Below the pieces are notes generated by a model, which had not been told where the DNA came from, made no database searches, and saw only the letters and a program-made list of their open reading frames with translations. Made by a program: the position numbers and the translations under genes. Shown piece by piece: positions 1-7,375 of a stretch of DNA of 29,956 nucleotides. The stretch comes from a virus (lineage: Duplodnaviria; Caudoviricetes): IMG/VR virus record IMGVR_UViG_3300020044_003359, positions 1 to 29,956 of that record; one strand, written 5' to 3'. The number at the start of each line of letters is the position of its first letter. The first letter of the stretch is position 1.

Positions 1-121
1 TTTCCGAAAAATGTTTCATTGATAATGGCGATGAAAAAAAATGATCCTTGATTTGATCGTGTTTTAAACCCATTTGTAGTTTTTTTTCAAAATTAGCCAA
101 ATAACTAATTAGTAAAACCGA
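1..121. repeat. Terminal direct repeat, copy 1 (identical to 29836-29956); circular assembly overlap
   Basis: Bases 1-121 (tttccgaaaa...agtaaaaccga) match the last 121 bases exactly. The repeat spans the start of the metallophosphoesterase gene. Confidence 0.95.
88..112 (-). promoter_or_regulatory. Bacteroidota-type -7 promoter box (TAATTTTG) with upstream CTAATTAG palindrome, preceding the metallophosphoesterase (copy at 29923-29947)
   Basis: Minus strand reads CTAATTAGTTATTTGGCTAATTTTG, 14 nt before the ATG at 73 (=29908). It is 22/25 identical to 17281-17305. Confidence 0.6.
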
Positions 122-126
122 TAAAT

Positions 127-162
127 AAAACAAAAATGGCCGTAGATTATTCCACGACCATT
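127..162 (-). terminator. Intrinsic terminator closing the tail operon / candidate sRNA
   Basis: Minus strand AATGGTCGTGGA-ATAA-TCTACGGCCATT followed by TTTGTTTT. The two G-U wobbles only pair on the minus strand. Confidence 0.7.
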
Positions 163-240
163 CTGCATTCACCCTAATCAACATCCGATGCACTTATTAA
201 GTACACGGATGCGCACTACCAAACCTATGAAAAACAAATT
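127..240 (-). ncRNA. Candidate 3'-UTR-derived antisense small RNA
   Basis: Central hairpin (181-212) and terminator. The single-stranded 5' arm (222-240) is complementary to the start region of gene 26844-27308 (18 Watson-Crick pairs plus 1 G-U over 19 nt). Confidence 0.4.
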
Positions 241-2167
241 ATTCCTGATATGAAACCCTGTATGTTGTTGCCACATCCGTATAATTATTAGGGATATGGA
301 ATTGACAGGTGTATATATTTGATTTTAATTGCACACGAATTGAATCAACAATTGCCGAATCTGTTTCGGTTAATGTGTCAAATTTTACCCATAATTTATG
401 TGCCATTGACATAATTGAATATTGATCCTGATTATATAAATCGCCCTCATATTGCATTGAAAATTGTCTAAAATCATTTATTCTTTGCTGTGTGACTATT
501 TGCTCTAAATATAATCCGTTAACATCCTGCGCACGTTTAAATGAATTATTATCAGTAAATGCACCCGAAAATACAACTGAATCAATATCAGCCTGAACAA
601 CATCAGAATGTTCCATTACATCAGATGTCACAAATGTACCTGATTGCTCACGTATAAACCATGCCTCTTTGTACACGTTTTGTTCTTTGTCAATATTACG
701 AACTGCGCAATTATCTAAAAACATTCCTGTGTATGATCCAGGTGCATCAATATATGGATATGAAAAACCCAATTGAATTTGTCCTGGTTCTGGTGCCTCT
801 TTTGTAGTGAATTTAAATGATTCAAATGTTCCATTTCCAACAACCTGCGTGGTATTCCATAAAACCGTTCCTCCTGATGTTCCCCACGTTTTGTTCACTT
901 CACTCCAATATTGATATGCTCCAGGTGAATATTCAATCCGTAAAAACCACGGCAACCTGTTATCGCTTCCGCCTTTATTAATATTAACTGAAAATAAAAC
1001 CTGATATTGATTGCCTTTAATTGCTGATAATGCACCTGAACTTACCAATCGTGTTGTATATGTATTTAATGCACTTGTTCCCACATATTTCAATGATCTA
1101 CGGCCTGCAAATGGTGTATTAACAAATTCTGTTGTGACCAATGTTGTTGACCAATTTTCATAGTCAAATTCAAATGATGCATTTAAATTCAAATCCTCTT
1201 GCTTTTGTGAAATATCAACAATCTGTTGGTATTTTTTTACCGGCCTGCGTGGTGTTCTAAACAAATTTTGACCTATTGGCAACATATTTGTTGGGATTAC
1301 TTTCAACATATTTGTTGTCACTGATGATTGGGCAACACCTAATGAATTATAAATCCAAAATTTGATGTTTTCTGTACCTCCATTTAAAAATCCTTGCTTT
1401 GCTGTTAAAATACCAGATCCTGAATATGTTCCTGCCTGAATCCCTGCAATAATACGTTGATCACCATATGATGAACAATTGATGATATACCAACGGCCAA
1501 ATGATTGAAAAATACGGCAATTGAATCCAAGTAATATTGAACGCAATGTCATTTTAGCGTCATTGATTATATATGAATCATGATAGAATCCAACTTTTTT
1601 AATTGTAACCTGATCAAAAACGTTTTTCCATGCTGTATCTGTTCCAATACGTATATCATTACTGATATAAATGTCATATCCTAATGAAAGGTTTGACAAC
1701 GCATTCCACATGAATTTCCATAATGTTTGATTATCAGTTCCAATTGCAGGCATCCATGTATCATATGCATCTAATTGGCCCAAATTATCTGTTGCTGTAA
1801 TTGAAAGTGAATATGGTGTTGAAACCAATGCCTGTGAATATAGATCGTTTACAACCCAACCTGACCAATAAACGGCCCAATTGTTGGCCATGTATTCGTA
1901 ATAAACAATTACTTTGTATTCACGTTCATCGTACAAATAAAAATTGTCATATGTCACATCATCTGTGACCATTAAATTCAACGTGCATAATGATCCAATT
2001 AATGGCTCATATAAATCCTCCTCAGCCTTCCACTCAATTTCAACCGGCTCACTTGTGCCAATCATAGGCAAAACGGCCCCTGTGTATCCATTTTTTAAAA
2101 TTTCAACTTTGCGTTTATTGCCTTTTATGTCGGAAAATTCCAACCGATATTTCACACCGTATGCCAT
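239..2167 (-). CDS. Tail tip / baseplate hub-like structural protein with a probable internal carbohydrate-binding-like segment
   Basis: 642 aa directly after the tape measure. The N-terminus MAYGVKYRLEFSD... is typical of post-TMP proteins of Bacteroidota siphoviruses. The internal 'LNLNASFE...W' segment is CBM-like. Confidence 0.6.
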   Translation of the reverse strand: MAYGVKYRLEFSDIKGNKRKVEILKNGYTGAVLPMIGTSEPVEIEWKAEEDLYEPLIGSLCTLNLMVTDDVTYDNFYLYDEREYKVIVYYEYMANNWAVYWSGWVVNDLYSQALVSTPYSLSITATDNLGQLDAYDTWMPAIGTDNQTLWKFMWNALSNLSLGYDIYISNDIRIGTDTAWKNVFDQVTIKKVGFYHDSYIINDAKMTLRSILLGFNCRIFQSFGRWYIINCSSYGDQRIIAGIQAGTYSGSGILTAKQGFLNGGTENIKFWIYNSLGVAQSSVTTNMLKVIPTNMLPIGQNLFRTPRRPVKKYQQIVDISQKQEDLNLNASFEFDYENWSTTLVTTEFVNTPFAGRRSLKYVGTSALNTYTTRLVSSGALSAIKGNQYQVLFSVNINKGGSDNRLPWFLRIEYSPGAYQYWSEVNKTWGTSGGTVLWNTTQVVGNGTFESFKFTTKEAPEPGQIQLGFSYPYIDAPGSYTGMFLDNCAVRNIDKEQNVYKEAWFIREQSGTFVTSDVMEHSDVVQADIDSVVFSGAFTDNNSFKRAQDVNGLYLEQIVTQQRINDFRQFSMQYEGDLYNQDQYSIMSMAHKLWVKFDTLTETDSAIVDSIRVQLKSNIYTCQFHIPNNYTDVATTYRVSYQE

Positions 2168-2170
2168 ATT

Positions 2171-4393
2171 TTATCCTATTCTGTTTCTTTGTTTTTCTGC
2201 TCTCTGTAAAGCTACCACCAAATCTTGGCCTCTCAACACAAATTCACCTGACATTGCACCGCCTCCGCTATTGCCTTGATCCAACATTCCCTGCAATTTG
2301 TTTAATGGTGCAATTACTTCCGGATTCGATTTTGCGCCTGGATATTCACCCATCAAACCCATTGTTGGGCCTGATACGATACCACCTGCGGCAAACTTTG
2401 GAATGGCTGCAAATGCTGATAATACACCACCAATTGCCGTCGCAATGAATGCAGGTGTTGTGAATACCGCTGCCGGCCCTGTTGCGGCTCCTGATTGCGT
2501 TGCACCTGCAATTGATGCTGCCATTGCTGATGCCTGGTTCATAATAATTTGTTGCAAAATCATTGATCCTAATTTAACCAATGTTTGCATCATTACCTGT
2601 GCAAATCCTTCAAATCCTGTGGATGCCAACCCCATTGATTGAACAATTGAATCACCCAATGATGTAAATGCCTGACCTGTTGTATCTGCAACCATTTGGC
2701 CAATTGACATTATATTATTGTATTTTAATACCAATGCATCTAATTGCTCACTTTGTAACGTTGTTGATGCAACAATTGCCGCATCCATCACGGACAATGG
2801 TGATTTTAGTGATCCCAACGATGTTGTGATTCCCATTATTTTTTCACCAATTGCAGGGAATTTTTCAAAATGTTTTGTTAAATCACCGGCAAATGTTGGC
2901 AAATATTTGACATCTTTTGTGTCTCCAAATGATGCAAATTTAGCTGCCGCCAAATCCTTTTTGGCTATTTCCTCATCTAATTGTTTGGATTTTAATTTAG
3001 CTAATTGAATTTCAAGTAAATGATCTTTTTCAATTTTGAATGCCTTTTCTTTGCCTCCTAATGCTGCCGAAATTCTTTGTTGTTCCTTCTTTGCCTCCGC
3101 ATCTGATTGGGCTGTCAATACCGCATCCGTTTTGCCTTTTTTCTCTAAACTTGCAATCAATGCATTATTTTGTGCCAACAATTTTTGTTGACCTTTAATT
3201 TGTGCATCAATGGATTGTGGAGAAATACCCTGTGCCGTATTCATTCCGGTTATTGGGCCGGATGCCATTCCTTTCTGCTTTTGCAATAATGCAATTGACG
3301 CTAAAATCTCTTTGTTTTTGGCTCTAATTGCTGTGGCATCTCTTTTTTCTTGCTCTGTTAATTTATTATCCGGATTTAATGCTTTTGCATAATCATATGC
3401 TGATTTTGCTGCAACTCCAAACAATGTCGCTAATCCTGCGATTCCTGTTGCGGATGTCAATGTCAAATTAAATTTAACCGCTGCCGCACTCATTAAATTG
3501 AAACCGGTGATTACCTTTGGAACAATTGTGCCAACTAAAAACAACAATGGCCCTGTTGCTGCTGCAATTAATCCCAACGTTACCACAAAACTTTTTGTGC
3601 TATTACTTGCACCTGAAAACTCTGTGATCATTCCATTTGCTGCCCTTGTTATTGATGTAACTGCCGGCAACATAACCTGACCAATTTCAGCACTTAATTG
3701 TTTCATTCCCTCCCCAAACATACGCATCTGATTGGCTGCGTTTTCGTTTGTTCGTGCAAAGTCACCCTGTGCATTCTTTGTGACCGACATAACATATTGA
3801 TAACGCAACATCACTTTTTCAGCCTGTGACATTGTATCGTATTGCTTTGTGATGCCTTGTGCAAATGCATATGCTTTCACATTGGCTTCGGTCATTACAA
3901 TACCCAAACGTTTCAATGATTCTGTTTCACCGGTAAAAATTCCGTTCAATGCTGTTTGTGCAACATCAATTCGGATGTTTTTAAACGATGCCATGTCACC
4001 GGCTAATCCAACTAATGATGTGGATAATTTTGCAGCCTCACCAACACCTAATCCCATTGATGTTGCCATATCTCCGAAATTGGATGCCATATCCAATGCC
4101 GTGCCTGATGCAATACCATATGTTTTCAATGATGTTTTGGCAAAATCACTCACCGATGTGGATGCGCTTTTAAATGACACATCAACTTTGTTCAATGATT
4201 CATTGAAATCTGATGCCATTTTAATTGATGCCGCACCGGCTGCCAATAATGGTGCCGTTACATATGTGGACAATGTTTTGCCCATTTCAGCCGCTTTCTT
4301 TGAAAAACTGACTAATGATTTCTGCGCATCTGATAACGCTAAATCCAGATCGGTTGCATCACCGGTTATTCGTACTTTTAATTCTTCTGCCAT
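2171..4393 (-). CDS. Tail tape measure protein
   Basis: 740 aa, Ala/Gly/Leu-rich and helical, following the G/GT chaperones. Motifs: GETESLKRLGI, GDFART, C-terminal FAAGGIVSGPT...GE...NPEVIAPL. Confidence 0.9.
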   Translation of the reverse strand: MAEELKVRITGDATDLDLALSDAQKSLVSFSKKAAEMGKTLSTYVTAPLLAAGAASIKMASDFNESLNKVDVSFKSASTSVSDFAKTSLKTYGIASGTALDMASNFGDMATSMGLGVGEAAKLSTSLVGLAGDMASFKNIRIDVAQTALNGIFTGETESLKRLGIVMTEANVKAYAFAQGITKQYDTMSQAEKVMLRYQYVMSVTKNAQGDFARTNENAANQMRMFGEGMKQLSAEIGQVMLPAVTSITRAANGMITEFSGASNSTKSFVVTLGLIAAATGPLLFLVGTIVPKVITGFNLMSAAAVKFNLTLTSATGIAGLATLFGVAAKSAYDYAKALNPDNKLTEQEKRDATAIRAKNKEILASIALLQKQKGMASGPITGMNTAQGISPQSIDAQIKGQQKLLAQNNALIASLEKKGKTDAVLTAQSDAEAKKEQQRISAALGGKEKAFKIEKDHLLEIQLAKLKSKQLDEEIAKKDLAAAKFASFGDTKDVKYLPTFAGDLTKHFEKFPAIGEKIMGITTSLGSLKSPLSVMDAAIVASTTLQSEQLDALVLKYNNIMSIGQMVADTTGQAFTSLGDSIVQSMGLASTGFEGFAQVMMQTLVKLGSMILQQIIMNQASAMAASIAGATQSGAATGPAAVFTTPAFIATAIGGVLSAFAAIPKFAAGGIVSGPTMGLMGEYPGAKSNPEVIAPLNKLQGMLDQGNSGGGAMSGEFVLRGQDLVVALQRAEKQRNRIG

Positions 4394-4397
4394 GATG

Positions 4398-4440
4398 TAA
4401 AGTTAAAAAAAAAGCCAACCCATTATTTGGATTGACTTTT
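4398..4440 (-). terminator. Intrinsic terminator at the end of GT, fused to a TAACTTTA promoter-like box in front of the tape measure gene
   Basis: Minus strand AAAAGTCAATCCA-AATAA-TGGGTTGGCTTTT plus a poly-T run, immediately followed by TAACTTTACATC-ATG. Confidence 0.6.
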
Positions 4441-4725
4441 TTCAATTTGTCGTAAAAATGCCTCGAATTGTTCCGGTGTTGATTTCGGTTTGCCTTTCTC
4501 CAAATACACATCCTGTGGCAACGGGAATAATTTATCAGGTGAAATTATATGTGATTTTTTGGTGGCTGTCGAATTTACAATCATGGTGGAAATGAATCGT
4601 GCCATTTCCCAATTCAAGTTCACGTTTACACTCCACGATTCCCCCAACAACGCATTTTCTTTCCAAGTATTGCGCCAAAACTGATCTGGTGATATTCCTG
4701 CCTGACCTATGTAAAAATCGAGCAT
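4423..4725 (-). CDS. Tail assembly chaperone, C-terminal 'T' part (GT fusion via -1 frameshift)
   Basis: Lies between G and the TMP in the -1 frame relative to G. That frame is open back through the slippery site (KPKADQPLTWDRMLDFY...). Confidence 0.8.
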   Translation of the reverse strand: MLDFYIGQAGISPDQFWRNTWKENALLGESWSVNVNLNWEMARFISTMIVNSTATKKSHIISPDKLFPLPQDVYLEKGKPKSTPEQFEAFLRQIEKSQSK

Positions 4726-4736
4726 TCGATCCCACG

Positions 4737-5126
4737 TTAGGGGTTGATCTGCTTTGGGTTTTTTGTCGATTTTTCAACGTTTCTTCGCACACCTGCATTC
4801 AAGTCATTACCCAAAATTCTTGATTCCATTAGTGTATTTACTAATAATGTCAATGAATCTGGTGTCATATCCTCCATCCACGATCCTACCTGGAATACAT
4901 TGTAATCAATTTCATTTCCGTTTTCTTGATCATATGCCAATAAACCTGCATAAACTAATGCACGCATTGTGTTCAACGAAATGCCTGATGAAAATACTTT
5001 GTCTATTTCTGAAATTTTGTGTCCGCTTGCATCCTCAAATGCAACCCAAAAATTCATTGAGAAATGTAGTGTGCGATCTTTACCGCCAATATTTAATTGA
5101 CAATAGCCACGTTTGCGATTTTCCAT
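4737..5126 (-). CDS. Tail assembly chaperone (gpG-like)
   Basis: 129 aa between the tail tube and TMP. Pattern 'IGGKDRTLHFSMN...E' and a slippery site at the 3' end. Confidence 0.8.
   Translation of the reverse strand: MENRKRGYCQLNIGGKDRTLHFSMNFWVAFEDASGHKISEIDKVFSSGISLNTMRALVYAGLLAYDQENGNEIDYNVFQVGSWMEDMTPDSLTLLVNTLMESRILGNDLNAGVRRNVEKSTKNPKQINP
4752..4764 (-). other. Programmed -1 ribosomal frameshift site (overlapping A-AAA-AAC and C-CCA-AAG heptamers)
   Basis: Minus strand ACA AAA AAC CCA AAG lies 4 codons before the G stop. Both heptamers fit X-XXY-YYZ in the G frame. Confidence 0.75.
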
Positions 5127-5153
5127 TATTGTTTGATTAGGTGTTAAACTTTG

Positions 5154-5221
5154 AAACCCTGCACCATTTTACTGATGCAGGGAATATATTTTGCAATCAG
5201 TAAATTATGCGTTTACTGACT
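5154..5221 (-). promoter_or_regulatory. Attenuator-like set of mutually exclusive hairpins at the tail-tube stop codon
   Basis: Segments AGTCAGTAAA (5212-5221), TTTACTGATT (5195-5204), CCCTGCATCAGTAAA (5168-5182) and TGGTGCAGGG (5157-5166) can pair 1:2, 2:3 and 3:4. Confidence 0.45.
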
Positions 5222-5615
5222 TAACGATTGCTCCTGTCAATGTGATTGATCCTGAGAATGTCACCGCTGCTTCCATCTCTGCTGATTGCTCGATTGATGC
5301 AATGTAACCCTCTGCTGTATAAATAACATCACCTGATGCAGCCGTTCCAAATACGCAAGTAACAACCGTGCGATTCAATACGTAATCAACTAATTCTTCA
5401 GCGTTTGCACCTGATGTGTAATTTACTAAACCATCAAATGAAATTTCGCCAGAACGTAATCCGCTGATTCCCTCAGACCAACCTGATGAATCCTTTGTTG
5501 TTGCATCTGCAATGTCCTGTGAAATAGACAATGAACATGATGTTGTGTGTGCAATGGCCGTTCCCTCAACTTTGATCAATAGGTTCGTGCCGTTAAATAC
5601 TCCCGATGTTGCCAT
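5205..5615 (-). CDS. Major tail (tube) protein, TP901-1/Phage_tail_2-like
   Basis: Motifs NGTNLLIKV, TTKDSSGWSEGISGLRSGEISFDG, YTAEGYIASIE, TFSGSITLTG. Located just upstream of the chaperones. Confidence 0.85.
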   Translation of the reverse strand: MATSGVFNGTNLLIKVEGTAIAHTTSCSLSISQDIADATTKDSSGWSEGISGLRSGEISFDGLVNYTSGANAEELVDYVLNRTVVTCVFGTAASGDVIYTAEGYIASIEQSAEMEAAVTFSGSITLTGAIVKSVNA

Positions 5616-5648
5616 ATTTTTGTTTTATTTTTATGCTCTTATTTTATG

Positions 5649-5656
5649 CAAATATA
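5649..5656 (-). promoter_or_regulatory. TAnnTTTG -7 promoter box (TATATTTG) upstream of the major tail protein
   Basis: Exact match to the Bacteroidota primary-sigma -7 consensus in a short intergenic gap. Confidence 0.55.
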
Positions 5657-5667
5657 TTCAAAATGCA

Positions 5668-6117
5668 TTATAGATTTTGCCACTCAATATTTAAGTTTTC
5701 CCAATTGACAAACACCTGATTCCAAATCAATCTGGTATCTGTATAAATTCGGCCTGAAATCTTAAAATTGACCGAATATGTTGAAACGTTTTCCATTTGT
5801 GAAACCTGTTCACAATCGGTAATGTATCCCAATCCGTAATAAAACATCCCGGCTGATTGAAATACCCATTTAACCTCTTTTCGTGTGATGATTCGTTCAA
5901 CGTATTGTTGAAAATTCATCTGATCGGAATAATCCACCAATCCTTCCGCTGAAAACGTTGCCGTTCTTTTACCGGCTAAAACTTCTTTCCAACCCTGTGA
6001 ATCTTTGTTCGTAAATTCGGACACATCCATTTGCAATGACATCGTTGCTGACTTTGAATGTCCCAACGCAATGTCATCCTCATATAAAACTACATTTGTG
6101 CCGTTTACTAATGCCAT
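5668..6117 (-). CDS. Second tail-tube-like protein (paralogue) with a Trp-repeat C-terminal extension
   Basis: VNGTNVVLY / TNKDSQGWKEVLAGKR / FSAEGLVDYS align by eye with the neighbouring tube protein. Ends WNQVFVNWENLNIEWQNL. Confidence 0.75.
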   Translation of the reverse strand: MALVNGTNVVLYEDDIALGHSKSATMSLQMDVSEFTNKDSQGWKEVLAGKRTATFSAEGLVDYSDQMNFQQYVERIITRKEVKWVFQSAGMFYYGLGYITDCEQVSQMENVSTYSVNFKISGRIYTDTRLIWNQVFVNWENLNIEWQNL

Positions 6118-6497
6118 TAAACCGCAGGTGTTTCTGTTTCTGGTTCCGTTGTTGTTTCTGGTTCCGGATCAGGTGTTGGCTCAGATGTTATTTCTTCAAT
6201 TGGTTCAGGTGGAACAGGTGGAATGTATTCGCCTGTAATAGTCAAATTCAATTGTTCTGCAATCCAATCCCAAGCATATGAATCAACTTCCCATTGTTCA
6301 TATGCATCACCTGTCATTATTAAATTTCCATTTGCTAAATTTAAACCCTGCGTTTCATCTTCATTTTGAACAAAGATTCCCCACCAAAATGTTGCGGAAT
6401 TATTCAATACTACATTAACTGCATATGCATTTAAAATTGTAGCTTGTTTCACAACTCCATTATCCCAAATTGAAACCGGTTCGATTGTTTTCATCAT
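6117..6497 (-). CDS. Hypothetical virion-associated protein with a Pro/Glu/Thr-rich tail
   Basis: 126 aa ORF tightly packed between its neighbours. C-terminus PPVPPEPIEEITSEPTPDPEPETTTEPETETPAV. Confidence 0.65.
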   Translation of the reverse strand: MMKTIEPVSIWDNGVVKQATILNAYAVNVVLNNSATFWWGIFVQNEDETQGLNLANGNLIMTGDAYEQWEVDSYAWDWIAEQLNLTITGEYIPPVPPEPIEEITSEPTPDPEPETTTEPETETPAV

Positions 6498-6892
6498 TAT
6501 AACTCTATTTCTTCTTCTAAATTTGTAAACTCTACACCTTCAATCCAATCCTTTAAAAACCCAAATTCCTCTAAACCTTCCGGGTTTACAATTTGAATCA
6601 TTTCATAATCAACCTCTGTTGAATTTAATTTCTTTGATTTTTCAGTCAATTTTTTTAATTCTTCTTTTGTATATGAATATCCGCCATTTTCTTTTAAAAT
6701 CAGATTCCCATCTTTATCAACAGATGCACTATCCAAACGTAATTCCTCAGCCTGTTCCTCGTATTTTTCTAAATATGGCTTTAATTTTTCATTAATTTTT
6801 GCCAATTTCTTTTGTGCTTTTGTCTTTTGATCGCCTGCAAAATGGTTTAATACACGTGATAAAACAATGATTTCTGCGTACTTCTTTTTCAT
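6497..6892 (-). CDS. Hypothetical helical protein (possible tail-fibre assembly factor)
   Basis: The track ORF 6497-6940 more likely starts at ATG 6892 (MKKKYAE), downstream of the TATATTTG box at 6920-6927. Confidence 0.65.
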   Translation of the reverse strand: MKKKYAEIIVLSRVLNHFAGDQKTKAQKKLAKINEKLKPYLEKYEEQAEELRLDSASVDKDGNLILKENGGYSYTKEELKKLTEKSKKLNSTEVDYEMIQIVNPEGLEEFGFLKDWIEGVEFTNLEEEIEL

Positions 6893-6919
6893 TTTATGTT
6901 GATTTGGTTGTTTAATATG

Positions 6920-6927
6920 CAAATATA
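6920..6927 (-). promoter_or_regulatory. TAnnTTTG -7 promoter box (TATATTTG)
   Basis: Exact consensus directly after the stop of 6931-7374. Confidence 0.5.
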
Positions 6928-6930
6928 CTA

Positions 6931-7374
6931 TTATGGGCAATACGTTGCACCACTTACAATTTGAATTGAACCATTGTATCCTGATGGTATTGTTGTTTGT
7001 GGCCCCTGTGATGTTCCATTATAATAGTAATATGATGGACTACTGCTTGGCAAAATATATCTTTGACCAACTCCTAATGTTGGTGGTATTCTAGTCCATG
7101 CCGTTGTTCCACCTCCGCATGGAGTCAATTGATAATAAATAAATTGGCTTGCTACTAATTGGCTTTTGACAACCAATTCATTGTTTGGAACACCCACCAA
7201 TGGGCCTGATTGAATTTCAATATATGATTGAATTAATTCTTTTCTAACACAACGGCCTGCTGATTGACCTGATGGTGGCATTGGTAATAATTGCAAAAAA
7301 TATCCATTATTGCAGGCATTTAGCAAGCTATCCCATGAACACGTTTGATTTGATGCGACATTAATCCATTGCAT
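6931..7374 (-). CDS. Cys-containing hypothetical protein downstream of the tail fibre
   Basis: 147 aa, starting 1 nt after the tail-fibre stop. Tyr/Gly/Ser/Pro-rich C-terminal half. Confidence 0.65.
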   Translation of the reverse strand: MQWINVASNQTCSWDSLLNACNNGYFLQLLPMPPSGQSAGRCVRKELIQSYIEIQSGPLVGVPNNELVVKSQLVASQFIYYQLTPCGGGTTAWTRIPPTLGVGQRYILPSSSPSYYYYNGTSQGPQTTIPSGYNGSIQIVSGATYCP

Positions 7375-7375
7375 A

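Noticed and set aside
1-121. 121-bp terminal repeat as biological DTR or att site
   Set aside because: It cuts through a gene start and has the exact, odd length expected of an assembler k-mer overlap. It shows circularity only.
227-253. Plus-strand minigenes MKNKLFLI (227-253) and MNH (28892-28903)
   Set aside because: Adjacent terminators and promoter boxes face the minus strand, so the antisense-RNA reading is preferred. The minigene reading is not fully excluded.
4535-4798. 87-aa minus-strand ORF as the chaperone T frame
   Set aside because: It lies in the +1 frame. The -1 frame (4423-4725) carries the slippery-site continuation and reaches the TMP.
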